Below, one piece after another: positions 1-9,178 of a stretch of DNA of 64,000 nucleotides. Numbering within the stretch: the first letter of the stretch is position 1; each line of letters opens with the position of its first letter. The notes under the pieces were generated by a model that saw nothing but the letters and a program-made list of their open reading frames with translations, was not told the DNA's origin and did not search any database. Source of the DNA: an uncultured bacterium (lineage in GTDB: Bacteria; Patescibacteriota; Minisyncoccia; Phycocordibacterales; DATDWN01); the NCBI GenBank assembly GCA_903861205.1, contig CAIOTC010000020.1, forward strand, positions 39,976-103,975, written 5' to 3'. The position numbers and the translations under genes were made by a program.

Positions 1-31
1 AAATACAAAGATGTTTTAATTGCCAACGAAA

Positions 32-823
32 ATGATTTACCTCCTAAAAAGTAGAGAAAAAAACGGAAATCGCGCCAGAAATATTTTAATACTTTCGGTT
101 TTTGTTTTACTCTCCATTTTTGCTTTTATTTTTCCGAATTTTTCGCGCGGAGTTTTTCAAACGCTCGGCAAACCGGTTTGGCTTATTCGAGATCAGATGG
201 TTGATTGGGCAGATGACGTCAAAGGTTTTTTCAGTTTGAAATCTTCTCTGGTCGCGCAGGTGGAAAATTTGCAATCTCAAGTTGACACGCTTAGTTTGAA
301 AACGGTTGATTATGATACGGTGCTGAAAGAAAATCAGGATTTGAAAGCGGTGCTTGGCAGAAACGTAACCGCGAATCGCGTCATCTCGCGTGTTTTGTCG
401 CGTCCGCCACAGTCGCCATACGACACCTTGGTCATAGATGCCGGTTCTGGCGACGGCATTAAGCCGGGCAACAAAGTTTACATTTCTGACAGCGTTATCG
501 TCGGCAACATCACGAACGTCACTCCACACACATCGCTCGTCGAAATGTTTTCAAGCGGCGACAAAAAAACGGAAGCGCAACAAGATCGCACCGGTACGAG
601 TTACGAGCTTGTCGGAATGGGCGGAGCCAATTTTTCCATCGAGGTTCCGAAAGAAGCCGACATTTTATGGGGCGATGTTTTCAGTTACCCTGGCCTTTTG
701 CAGTCTGTTCTAGGCTCCGTCTATTACATCGACACAAACTCACAAAGCGCTTTCAAAACCATTTTTATCCGTATTTCAGGAAATGTTTTTCAGAGCAAAT
801 GGGTGTTTGTAGATACGAAATAA
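32..823 (+). CDS. mreC: Rod shape-determining protein MreC
   Basis: N-terminal TM helix, coiled coil (ENQDLKAVLG), 'VISRVLSRPPQSPYDTLVIDAG..DGIKPG' beta domain; upstream of PBP2. ATG at 32 chosen over TTG at 20. Confidence 0.9.
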   Translation: MIYLLKSREKNGNRARNILILSVFVLLSIFAFIFPNFSRGVFQTLGKPVWLIRDQMVDWADDVKGFFSLKSSLVAQVENLQSQVDTLSLKTVDYDTVLKENQDLKAVLGRNVTANRVISRVLSRPPQSPYDTLVIDAGSGDGIKPGNKVYISDSVIVGNITNVTPHTSLVEMFSSGDKKTEAQQDRTGTSYELVGMGGANFSIEVPKEADILWGDVFSYPGLLQSVLGSVYYIDTNSQSAFKTIFIRISGNVFQSKWVFVDTK

Positions 824-866
824 TATAGACGAAGTAACGAATAAATTACGAATTGCTACGAATAAA

Positions 867-1118
867 ATGCGATACAAAATAAAAATTTGGCAACGGATTT
901 TACTTTTTACGGTGATTTACATATGCGTACTGACATTGCCGTGGTGGCTTTCTGTTGTGGCGCTGGTGGGGCTCTCCATTTTTGTGCCGAATTATATCGA
1001 AGTCCTTTTTTTCGGTTTTCTTTTTGATACAATATATTCACTCAAACACACCGGTTTGATTGTAGCGACAATTTTTTTGATTGCAGTGCTGTTTGTCAAA
1101 TCACGAATTCGAACGTAA
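867..1118 (+). CDS. Small membrane protein in the MreD position
   Basis: 83 aa, almost entirely hydrophobic, lying between mreC and pbp2. Confidence 0.6.
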   Translation: MRYKIKIWQRILLFTVIYICVLTLPWWLSVVALVGLSIFVPNYIEVLFFGFLFDTIYSLKHTGLIVATIFLIAVLFVKSRIRT

Positions 1119-1124
1119 ATTCCA

Positions 1125-1166
1125 AAGGTCTGGCCTTTAATGCCCAATTTCCCAAGGCCAGACCTT
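1125..1166. repeat. Palindromic repeat AAGGTCTGGCCTT...AAGGCCAGACCTT, intergenic copy
   Basis: 13-bp inverted arms; 40/42 identical to 25134-25175 inside uvrC. Confidence 0.85.
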
Positions 1167-1193
1167 AAAATGCAGATGCAAATTCACCACTAG

Positions 1194-1246
1194 CAAATTT
1201 CTTATGAACTGAGACCTTTTTAAGGGCTCAGTTCATAAGAAATTTG
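1194..1246. repeat. 20-bp perfect inverted repeat
   Basis: CAAATTTCTTATGAACTGAG (1194-1213) / CTCAGTTCATAAGAAATTTG (1227-1246). Confidence 0.8.
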
Positions 1247-1258
1247 TGTTATCATACT

Positions 1259-2971
1259 ATGCTCTCCAAACTAAAAAATTTTTTCAAAAGCAAAATCAGA
1301 AAATCCTACGCTCCAATCGATCCGGACGAAATTTTTCTCGACTCGCAAAATTTGCCGGAGTTCAATCGCGATCAGTTCGAGGGTCGGATCGAAAAGCCGA
1401 TTACGCGCCACGTTTTTTCCGTTTTGGCGTTTGTTCTGGTGCTTGTCGGTTTGATTTTTATCGGCAAAGTTTGGGCGTTACAGGTGTTGCACGGAGACAT
1501 AATGAAAACGAAAAGCGATAACAATTCGCTACACAATGTGACCATTTTCGCCGACCGTGGTTTGATCACCGATCGAAACGGCGTGCCGCTTGTTTGGAAT
1601 ACGCTCAACCCGACATCGTCAGAATTTTCTTTGCGACAATATGCCACGTCGACCGGGCTTTCCACGCTTCTCGGCTACGTCAAATATCCAACAAAAGATT
1701 CATCAGGTTTTTATTATCAGGAAAAATTCGTGCCAAAAGACGGCCTTGAAAAAATTTACGATTCAGATTTGTCCGGCGTTGACGGCAGTAAAATCACCGA
1801 GACAGATGTCAAAGGAAACATCACGTCCGAAAGTGTCGTTCATCCTCCGCAAGACGGAAAAAATTTGACGCTTTCTATCGACGCGCGAGTTCAGAAGAAA
1901 TTGTACGACTCGATGCTCGACATTGCTCAGCGTGCCGGTTTCAGGGGCGGAGCCGGAATGATTATGGATGTGCATACTGGCGAGATTATCGCTTCGGCCA
2001 CTTTTCCGGAATTTTCATCGCAAGTTTTGACGGACGGTAGTGACAGCAAACAAATCAATGCGTGGCTTTCCGATAGCAACAAGCCGTTTTTGAATCGCGC
2101 CATCAACGGGCTTTACACGCCGGGTTCGATTGTCAAACCGTTCATCGCCATGGGTGTTTTAGATCAAAAAGTTATTTCTCCAACAACACAAATTCTCTCG
2201 ACAGGTTCCATTTCCGTGCCAAATCCGTACGACAAAACCAAGCCGTCGATTTTCAACGACTGGCGGGCCAACGGTTGGGTTGACTTGGAGCACGCCATCG
2301 CGGTTTCATCCGACGTTTATTTTTATGAAGTCGGCGGGGGATTTGAAAGTCAAAAAGGCATCGGCATAAATAATATCGAAAAGTACACGCGCATGTTTGG
2401 TTTCGGTTCAACCACGGAGATAAATTTTCCCGGCGAGCAGGACGGCGTTATTCCCGATCCGGCCTGGAAAGCCAGCACTTTTAAAGGCGAAATGTGGCGA
2501 GTCGGCGATACATACAACACGACTATCGGCCAGTATGGTTTTCAGGTGACGCCGGTGCAGGCTCTGCGAGCGGTGGCGGCGCTGGCCAACGGCGGAAATC
2601 TTCTTGTCCCGACATTTCTCAAAACAGATTCGAAAAATAATCCACCGAAAATTTCCGGCACGGTCGGTTTGGATCCGTCGTATTTCAAAATCGTCAAAGA
2701 CGGCATGCGTTTGTGCGTGACGGAGGGCACGTGCACGGCCATGAACTTGCCGTTCGTCGATGTAGCCGGCAAGTCCGGTACTGCCCAGCTTGGAGTTTCC
2801 AAGGATTTGGTCAACTCGTGGATTGTCGGTTTTTGGCCGGCGGAAAATCCGCATTACGCTTTTGCCGTGGTCATGGAACGCGCCAGCAAAACGAACCAGT
2901 TTGGCGCGGCGTTGGTGATGCAGAATTTGTTTAATTGGATGGGGATTTATGGAACGGAGTGGCTGAAATAA
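1259..2971 (+). CDS. mrdA: Penicillin-binding protein 2 (class B PBP)
   Basis: RGLITDRNG dimerisation motif; PGSIVKP (SxxK), SSD (SxN/D) and KSG motifs; follows mreC. Confidence 0.9.
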   Translation: MLSKLKNFFKSKIRKSYAPIDPDEIFLDSQNLPEFNRDQFEGRIEKPITRHVFSVLAFVLVLVGLIFIGKVWALQVLHGDIMKTKSDNNSLHNVTIFADRGLITDRNGVPLVWNTLNPTSSEFSLRQYATSTGLSTLLGYVKYPTKDSSGFYYQEKFVPKDGLEKIYDSDLSGVDGSKITETDVKGNITSESVVHPPQDGKNLTLSIDARVQKKLYDSMLDIAQRAGFRGGAGMIMDVHTGEIIASATFPEFSSQVLTDGSDSKQINAWLSDSNKPFLNRAINGLYTPGSIVKPFIAMGVLDQKVISPTTQILSTGSISVPNPYDKTKPSIFNDWRANGWVDLEHAIAVSSDVYFYEVGGGFESQKGIGINNIEKYTRMFGFGSTTEINFPGEQDGVIPDPAWKASTFKGEMWRVGDTYNTTIGQYGFQVTPVQALRAVAALANGGNLLVPTFLKTDSKNNPPKISGTVGLDPSYFKIVKDGMRLCVTEGTCTAMNLPFVDVAGKSGTAQLGVSKDLVNSWIVGFWPAENPHYAFAVVMERASKTNQFGAALVMQNLFNWMGIYGTEWLK

Positions 2972-3078
2972 AAAAATTTTTAATTTTTGAATTTAGAATT
3001 TTTATTGAATTTTCAATAATTAAATTTTAAAATTTAGAAATTCATTAAAAATTCTAAATTCAAAAATTAAAAATTTAA
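2972..3078. repeat. AT-rich heptamer-based inverted repeat element
   Basis: AATTTTTAATTTTTGAATTTAGAATTTTTA ... TAAAAATTCTAAATTCAAAAATTAAAAATT; related elements at 9077-9175 and 28490-28521. Confidence 0.7.
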
Positions 3079-3137
3079 TTTGTATAGCTTCTTGTTTTAT
3101 GTTACACTATCCACAATTATTTATATTTACACAATTT

Positions 3138-3599
3138 ATGAACGAAAAGGAATATCTTACGCAGGAGAAGTTTGACGAGTTTAAAAAGGAGCTGGCTAAT
3201 TTGAAAAATGTTCGTCGCAAGGAAGTGGCCGAGAATTTGGAATATTCAAAAGCCCTCGGTGACCTGGCGGAGAATGCTGAATATCATGAAGCGCGAGATA
3301 TGCAGGCAACCATCGAGGACCGCATTGCCAAGCTTGAGGAATTGCTCAAAAACGCCGTCATTGTTTCCGCGCATGATGCGACCGGTACTGTCAACGTCGG
3401 CTCTGTCGTGACGGTGGAAAAAGACAGTAAAACGTTCATTTACACCATTGTCGGTTCCGAGGAATCAGATGTCACCTCAAACAAAATTTCCATTCGTTCA
3501 CCGTTCGGCCAGGCTGTTCTAGGCAAGAAAAAAGGCGAAAAATTCACTTTCAAAGCACCAAACGGCGAGCTTTCGTATGTGGTTAGTGATGTGAAGTAA
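3138..3599 (+). CDS. greA: Transcription elongation factor GreA
   Basis: GDLAENAEYHEA and 'IVGSEESD...ISIRSPFGQAVLG' motifs. Confidence 0.95.
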   Translation: MNEKEYLTQEKFDEFKKELANLKNVRRKEVAENLEYSKALGDLAENAEYHEARDMQATIEDRIAKLEELLKNAVIVSAHDATGTVNVGSVVTVEKDSKTFIYTIVGSEESDVTSNKISIRSPFGQAVLGKKKGEKFTFKAPNGELSYVVSDVK

Positions 3600-3603
3600 T
3601 ATT

Positions 3604-3723
3604 ACAAACTCACTTGCATGTGTCATTTTTGGAGCACGGATAAAAGTCTGCTGACTTTTTCCTCAAGCCTCACGCCAGCCGCGCTCCGGAGTCTCCAAAA
3701 ACGACACATGCAAGTGAGTTTGT
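3604..3723. repeat. MITE-like element with 31-bp terminal inverted repeats
   Basis: ACAAACTCACTTGCATGTGTCATTTTTGGAG vs its reverse complement at 3693-3723 (1 mismatch). Confidence 0.75.
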
Positions 3724-3756
3724 TTAGTCTTTCAAGTTTGGTATACTATATTTATC

Positions 3757-5214
3757 ATGGCTTCACTAGATGAAATTCGTGATGGGAGAATACAGAAATT
3801 AAATTTGTTAAAAGAAAATGGTGTAAATCCATACCCGGCAAAAGTGTCGCGGGATTTTTCAGTGGAAGAAGTCAAAAAAGATTTTGAAAATTTGGAAAAA
3901 TCCGAAAAGGAATTCAGCGTGGCCGGGCGCGTAATGGCTATACGTGGACAAGGCGCTATACTTTTTGCTGTCATTTTTGATGGTACAGAAAAAATTCAAG
4001 CAATCATAAAAAAAGACGAAATTGACGAAAATGTTTTCTCACTTTTTGTCGATACAGTGGACATTGGAGATTTTATTTCTGTCACTGGTACAGCAATGGT
4101 TTCTAAAACTGGTGAGCAGAGCATTTTGCTTAAAAACTGGACAATGGCTTCCAAGTCGCTTTTGCCTTTGCCGGAAAAATTTCACGGTTTGCAGGATGTG
4201 GACGAAAAATATCGCAAGAGATATTTGGATTTGCTCATGGATACCGAAACGCGCGATTTGATGATAAAGAAAAGCAAATTCTGGGACGTTACTCGCCAAT
4301 TTATGAAAGACGAAGGATTTTTGGAAGTGGAAACACCGACACTCGAAACGACGACTGGCGGAGCCGAAGCAGAGCCGTTCAAAACGCACCACAATGACTA
4401 CGATTTGGATGTATTTTTGCGCATTTCCGTCGGTGAGTTGTGGCAGAAAAGGCTGATGGCCGCTGGTTTTCCGAAAACTTTTGAGATTGGCAGAATTTAT
4501 CGAAACGAGGGTTCATCGCCGGAGCATTTGCAGGAATTCACAAACATGGAATTTTATTGGGGCTACGCTGACTACCGCGATGGCATGGAATTGGTCAAAA
4601 AAATGTACAGAAAAATTGCCCTGGAAGTTTTTGGCAAAACGGAATTCACTACGCGCGGACACACTTTTGATTTGGCCAAGGAATGGGATTTGATTGATTA
4701 CGTTGATGAAATAAAAAAGCAGGTGGGGATTGATGTCACGAAAGCGTCCACGAAAGAAATGGCGGAAAAACTTGATGAGCTTGGTGTAAAATATGATGGC
4801 GAAAACAGCGAGCGACTGACCGACTCGCTTTGGAAATATTGCCGCAAAAACATCTCCGGCCCGGCTTTTCTCGTCAATCATCCTGTGCTGATGGCTCCGC
4901 TCGCCAAATTGAATTCTGACGGAAAAACTGTGCAAGAATTTCAACCAATCATTGCCGGAAGCGAAATGGGCCGGGGGTATTCGGAGCTGAACGATCCAAT
5001 CGACCAAAAAGCACGCTTTGAAGAACAGCAAAAATTGATTGATTCCGGCGACAAGGAAGCCATGATGCCCGACTGGGAATTTGTCGAAATGCTCGAACAC
5101 GGTATACCACCAACCTGCGGTTTCGGTTTCGGTGAACGCTTTTTCGCTTTCCTGGCCGACCGCCCGGCACGCGAGTTGCAGTTATTTCCTTTGATGAGAC
5201 CTAAAGAAAAATAG
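3757..5214 (+). CDS. lysS: Lysyl-tRNA synthetase (class II)
   Basis: YRKRYLDL, FLEVETP, GGAEAEPF, YRNEG, YSELNDP and GIPPTCGFGFG motifs. Confidence 0.97.
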   Translation: MASLDEIRDGRIQKLNLLKENGVNPYPAKVSRDFSVEEVKKDFENLEKSEKEFSVAGRVMAIRGQGAILFAVIFDGTEKIQAIIKKDEIDENVFSLFVDTVDIGDFISVTGTAMVSKTGEQSILLKNWTMASKSLLPLPEKFHGLQDVDEKYRKRYLDLLMDTETRDLMIKKSKFWDVTRQFMKDEGFLEVETPTLETTTGGAEAEPFKTHHNDYDLDVFLRISVGELWQKRLMAAGFPKTFEIGRIYRNEGSSPEHLQEFTNMEFYWGYADYRDGMELVKKMYRKIALEVFGKTEFTTRGHTFDLAKEWDLIDYVDEIKKQVGIDVTKASTKEMAEKLDELGVKYDGENSERLTDSLWKYCRKNISGPAFLVNHPVLMAPLAKLNSDGKTVQEFQPIIAGSEMGRGYSELNDPIDQKARFEEQQKLIDSGDKEAMMPDWEFVEMLEHGIPPTCGFGFGERFFAFLADRPARELQLFPLMRPKEK

Positions 5215-5244
5215 AATATAGAATTTGGAATATTGAATATAGAT

Positions 5245-5273
5245 AAAAAAGACTCGTTTGCGCGAGTCTTTTT
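5245..5273. terminator. Bidirectional intrinsic terminator after lysS
   Basis: AAAAAAGACTCG-TTTGCG-CGAGTCTTTTT. Confidence 0.7.
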
Positions 5274-5292
5274 CGAGATATCCACAGGCAAA

Positions 5293-5360
5293 GTGGCCAA
5301 TTGTGTTTGACGGTGGGAAGGAGTGGTATATAATAGATATTAAGTGGGAAAGAGTGGGAA
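5293..5360 (+). promoter_or_regulatory. mraZ promoter with MraZ boxes
   Basis: TTGACG (5307) and TATAAT (5329); GTGG(G) units at 5293, 5313, 5323, 5344 and 5354, about 10-bp periodic, as known for MraZ autoregulation. Confidence 0.8.
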
Positions 5361-5404
5361 AAATTTATGTGGAATTCATGAAGCGCGTTACATAATGAAA
5401 ACAA

Positions 5405-5839
5405 ATGTTGATTGGCGAATACACACATTCAATAGATGAAAAAAACAGAATTTCGCTTCCGGCGAAATTTCGCGCGGAGATGGGCAAGAAGATGGTGGTT
5501 ACTCCGGGATTGGACGGATGTTTGTGGGTCTTCACTTACAAAGAGTGGCAGAAGATTGAGGAAAAGTTGAACCAGTCGTCGCTGGGTCAGGCTGATAATC
5601 GCGGTTTCAATCGTTTTATGTTTGCGGGCGCGACGGAAGCGGAAGTGGACTCGATCGGTCGAATTCTCATTCCAGATTTTCTCCGTGACAGGGCAAATCT
5701 GAAAAACAAAGTGGTGGTCATAGGCGTTTCCAGTCGAGTGGAAATTTGGAATGAGAAGACATGGACTGATTACAAGAAAGGCGTCGAGAAAACGGCCGAC
5801 ACGCTGGCGGAAAAGCTGGGACAGGTAGGAGTGTTGTAA
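5405..5839 (+). CDS. mraZ: Division/cell wall cluster regulator MraZ
   Basis: GEYTHSIDEKNRISLPAKFR and 'DSIGRILIP..LR' repeats. Confidence 0.96.
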   Translation: MLIGEYTHSIDEKNRISLPAKFRAEMGKKMVVTPGLDGCLWVFTYKEWQKIEEKLNQSSLGQADNRGFNRFMFAGATEAEVDSIGRILIPDFLRDRANLKNKVVVIGVSSRVEIWNEKTWTDYKKGVEKTADTLAEKLGQVGVL

Positions 5840-5952
5840 CAATTTTCAATTAACAATTTCCAATTTTCAATAAATGACACAATTTATCAATTAAACAAGT
5901 GAATTCAATTGGTTTATTGATTCATTGGAAAATTCATTGGAAATTGAAAATT
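5840..5952. repeat. AT-rich CAATT/AATTG inverted repeat element
   Basis: CAATTTTCAATT ... AATTGAAAATTG with about 7-nt periodic units. Confidence 0.55.
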
Positions 5953-5966
5953 GATACTTGGAAATT

Positions 5967-6869
5967 ATGATTCATAAATCTGTTCTTTTACATGAAGCTA
6001 TAGATGGACTGGATATTCACGAGGGCGACACCTTTGTTGACGGAACGTTGGGGAATGGCGGGCATACGGAGGAGGTTTTGAAACGGTTTGGCGACAGGGT
6101 GACTGTCATCGGAATCGATTTGGACGCGGACGCGCTGGCCAGGTCAAAGGAGCGACTTTCAAAGCAAGGCTGGAACAACGTCAAATACGCCCAGGGCAGT
6201 TTCCGGAACATCGACCAAATTTTAACGACACTTAGTGTTGTAAAGGTAGACAGGATTTTGCTGGATATCGGGTTGTCGTCGAATCAGTTTGAGGAATCGG
6301 GCAGGGGATTTTCATTTCAGAAAGATGAACCACTCGTCATGAATTTCAAAAAAGATTTGACCGAAAATGATTTGACCGCCAAAGAAATTCTGAACACATG
6401 GGACGAGGAAAACATTGTGGCGATACTTCAGGGCTACGGCGAGGAGCAGTTTGCGCCACGAATTGCCAAGGCGATTGTCCGATCCAGACAGCTCAAGTCG
6501 ATTGAAACGACGTTTGAATTGGTCGACATTATCATGTCCGCTACGCCGAAATTCTATCATCATCGTAAAATCCACCCGGCTACCAAGACATTCCAAGCTT
6601 TGCGAGTGACAGTCAACGACGAGATCGGCGCGATTAAAGAAGGGGCGAGAAAAAGTTTTGATATTTTAAATCCGCAAGGCAGATTGGCAATCATTTCATT
6701 TCACAGTTTGGAAGACAGAGTGGTCAAACAATTTTTTAAGCAAATGGAGGATGACGGCGTCGGCAAGCGGGTGAACAAAAAAATCATCACACCAAGCCGA
6801 GAAGAAACTACCGAGAATCCACGATCGAGAAGCGCCAAATTGAGGATAGTTGAAAAACATGCCCGGTAG
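5967..6869 (+). CDS. rsmH: 16S rRNA m4C1402 methyltransferase RsmH
   Basis: HKSVLL, DGTLGNGGH, RGFSF, TKTFQALR, ISFHSLEDR and NPRSRSAKLR motifs. Confidence 0.97.
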   Translation: MIHKSVLLHEAIDGLDIHEGDTFVDGTLGNGGHTEEVLKRFGDRVTVIGIDLDADALARSKERLSKQGWNNVKYAQGSFRNIDQILTTLSVVKVDRILLDIGLSSNQFEESGRGFSFQKDEPLVMNFKKDLTENDLTAKEILNTWDEENIVAILQGYGEEQFAPRIAKAIVRSRQLKSIETTFELVDIIMSATPKFYHHRKIHPATKTFQALRVTVNDEIGAIKEGARKSFDILNPQGRLAIISFHSLEDRVVKQFFKQMEDDGVGKRVNKKIITPSREETTENPRSRSAKLRIVEKHAR

Positions 6870-6947
6870 TAGAAGTCGGCATTGCGCCAAAGGCGCATAA
6901 AAAGATGCCGACTTCACTACAGGGCTATCCCGTAGTGAAAATGGCAT
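6861..6947. repeat. Palindromic element overlapping the rsmH stop
   Basis: GTAGTAGAAGTCGGCAT...ATGCCGACTTCACTAC with an inner TGCGCC-AAA-GGCGCA hairpin and a third partial arm at 6929-6947. Confidence 0.65.
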
Positions 6948-7032
6948 TGAATAAATTCAAAATATATAGAAATTATGAATAAGTCGATATTATCAATATT
7001 AATCAAGAAAGTGACAATAAGCTCGTAGAGCG

Positions 7033-7356
7033 ATGCCATTTTCTACTAACGGGATGGTAGAAAAAGTACTACAACTAAATACGGAAAAAAATATTTTTTG
7101 GACACTCGTCGCCATTCTGGCTTTTTGCGCCATGTTTTACATGTATTCGATCAATGTGACCATTCGAAACGTCGTGGCCCGCGAAAATTTGGAAAATAAA
7201 GCGGCCGAACTGACACTTACTATCGGCAACAAAGAATTTCAATACATCAGTTTGCGAAACACAGTCACACTTCCTTTGGCTTACTCGCTCGGTTTCAAAG
7301 ATGTGACGGCGAAAACATACATCACAAAGAAAATTGTCGGTTTTGTGCTAAACTAG
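7033..7356 (+). CDS. FtsL-like bitopic membrane protein
   Basis: TM helix plus coiled coil plus 'AYSLGF', between rsmH and ftsI; positional inference. Confidence 0.6.
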   Translation: MPFSTNGMVEKVLQLNTEKNIFWTLVAILAFCAMFYMYSINVTIRNVVARENLENKAAELTLTIGNKEFQYISLRNTVTLPLAYSLGFKDVTAKTYITKKIVGFVLN

Positions 7357-7360
7357 GTTT

Positions 7361-9067
7361 ATGAAGTTCAACTATCTGACAAGAATACGGATTATTTCAA
7401 TCTGTATTTTTATTTTTGGCTTGGTTCTGATCGGCAAATTGTACACCTTGCAGATCGTGAACGGTGATGTCTACACTCAAAAAGCCGACAGGCAATATGT
7501 TTCGGCCGGCGGGTCGCTTTTTTCGCGCGGCAGTATTTATTTCCAAAACAAAGATGGCACGATAGTTTCGGCCGCTACGCTCAAATCCGGTTTTATTGTT
7601 GCCGTCAATCCGGAAATTTTGAAAGATCCGGAGGAAGCGTATAAAAAAGCAAACGAAATTTTGCCGCTCGATCACGACATATTTATTGCCAAAGCGACAA
7701 AGAAAAACGATCCGTACGAAGAGGTGGCCAAGCATGTTGACGAAACTTTGGGACAGCAAATCGCCGATTTGAAAATTCCTGGTCTCAATGCTTACAAAGA
7801 ACGTTGGCGATTTTATCCGGGCGGAACTACGGCCGCCGCTACCGTCGGCATTCTCGGTTACAAAGGCGACGAATATGCCGGGCGATACGGACTGGAAAGC
7901 CAATACGAGAATATTTTAAAACGGACCGACAGTACCGATATCAATTTTTTCGCTCAAATTTTTTCAAATATAAAAACTACCTCCGGCACCCGTGCGCAAA
8001 GCGAGGGCGACATAGTGACCACAATAGAGCCGACAGTGGAGTCCGCGCTTGAAGCCGTGCTGGCCAGTACGAGCGAAAAGTGGAGCTCGGATTATGCCGG
8101 TGGAATCATTATGAACCCGACAACCGGAGAAATTTACGCTATGGCCGGATACCCGACATTTAATGCCAACGATTTTTCAAATGAAAAAAATGTTTCAATA
8201 TTTTCAAATCCGCTGGTGGAAAATGTTTACGAAATGGGATCGATCATAAAACCGTTGACCATTTCGGCCGGCATTGATTCCGGAGTAATCACGGCCAGCT
8301 CGACTCTGGTGGACCACGGATTCATCATGTCAAACGGCAAGAAAATTTCCGATTTTGACAGCAAAGACCGCGGCACAGTGACCATGCAGGACGTTTTGTC
8401 GCAGTCGCTCAACGTCGGTGTGGCGCATGTCGTTTCTCTCCTCGGCAATAAATTGTTTTCGCAATACATGTTGAATTTTGGTTTGAACGAAAAAACCGGA
8501 ATTGATTTGCCGAATGAAGGAAAAGATTTGGTTAAAAATTTGAACAACAATATCGACATCGATCATTTCACCGCTTCTTTCGGACAGGGAATCGCTCTCA
8601 CGCCGATTAGCACGGTCAGGGCGCTGTCCGCCATTGCCAACGGTGGCGTTTTGGTTGATCCTCACGTGGTCAAACGCGTGAGCTACAAGGCCGGTTTTTC
8701 CACCGATACGCCGGTGGTTCAGGGCGCGCGTGTCATAAAACGCGAAACGGCGGAGGAGGTGACACGCATGATGATCTGGAGTGTCGATCACGTTTTGCAG
8801 GATGGAAAAATGAAAATTGCCAATTTCAGCGTGGCTGCCAAAACTGGCACGGCCCAAATTGCAAATCCGGCCGGAGGGGGATATTATGAAGACAGATTTT
8901 TGCATTCGTTTGTCGGTTTTTTCCCGGCCTACAATCCAAAGTTTTTCATCTTTTTGTACATGGTTTATCCGAAAGGGGCGCAGTACGGCTCGGAAACGTT
9001 GACGGGACCGTTCATGGATTTGACCAAGTTTTTGATAAATTATTATGAGGTAGCACCAGATAGGTAA
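7361..9067 (+). CDS. ftsI: Cell division transpeptidase PBP3/FtsI
   Basis: RGSIY, RFYP, YEMGSIIKP (SxxK), SLN and KTGTAQ motifs; dcw position. Confidence 0.9.
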   Translation: MKFNYLTRIRIISICIFIFGLVLIGKLYTLQIVNGDVYTQKADRQYVSAGGSLFSRGSIYFQNKDGTIVSAATLKSGFIVAVNPEILKDPEEAYKKANEILPLDHDIFIAKATKKNDPYEEVAKHVDETLGQQIADLKIPGLNAYKERWRFYPGGTTAAATVGILGYKGDEYAGRYGLESQYENILKRTDSTDINFFAQIFSNIKTTSGTRAQSEGDIVTTIEPTVESALEAVLASTSEKWSSDYAGGIIMNPTTGEIYAMAGYPTFNANDFSNEKNVSIFSNPLVENVYEMGSIIKPLTISAGIDSGVITASSTLVDHGFIMSNGKKISDFDSKDRGTVTMQDVLSQSLNVGVAHVVSLLGNKLFSQYMLNFGLNEKTGIDLPNEGKDLVKNLNNNIDIDHFTASFGQGIALTPISTVRALSAIANGGVLVDPHVVKRVSYKAGFSTDTPVVQGARVIKRETAEEVTRMMIWSVDHVLQDGKMKIANFSVAAKTGTAQIANPAGGGYYEDRFLHSFVGFFPAYNPKFFIFLYMVYPKGAQYGSETLTGPFMDLTKFLINYYEVAPDR

Positions 9068-9178
9068 GTAAAATACAATTTTTAATTTAAAATTTATAAT
9101 TTAAAATAAATTTAAAATGACTGAATTTTTAAATTTTAAATTCATTAAAAATTCTAAATTCTAAATTTTAAATTATTC

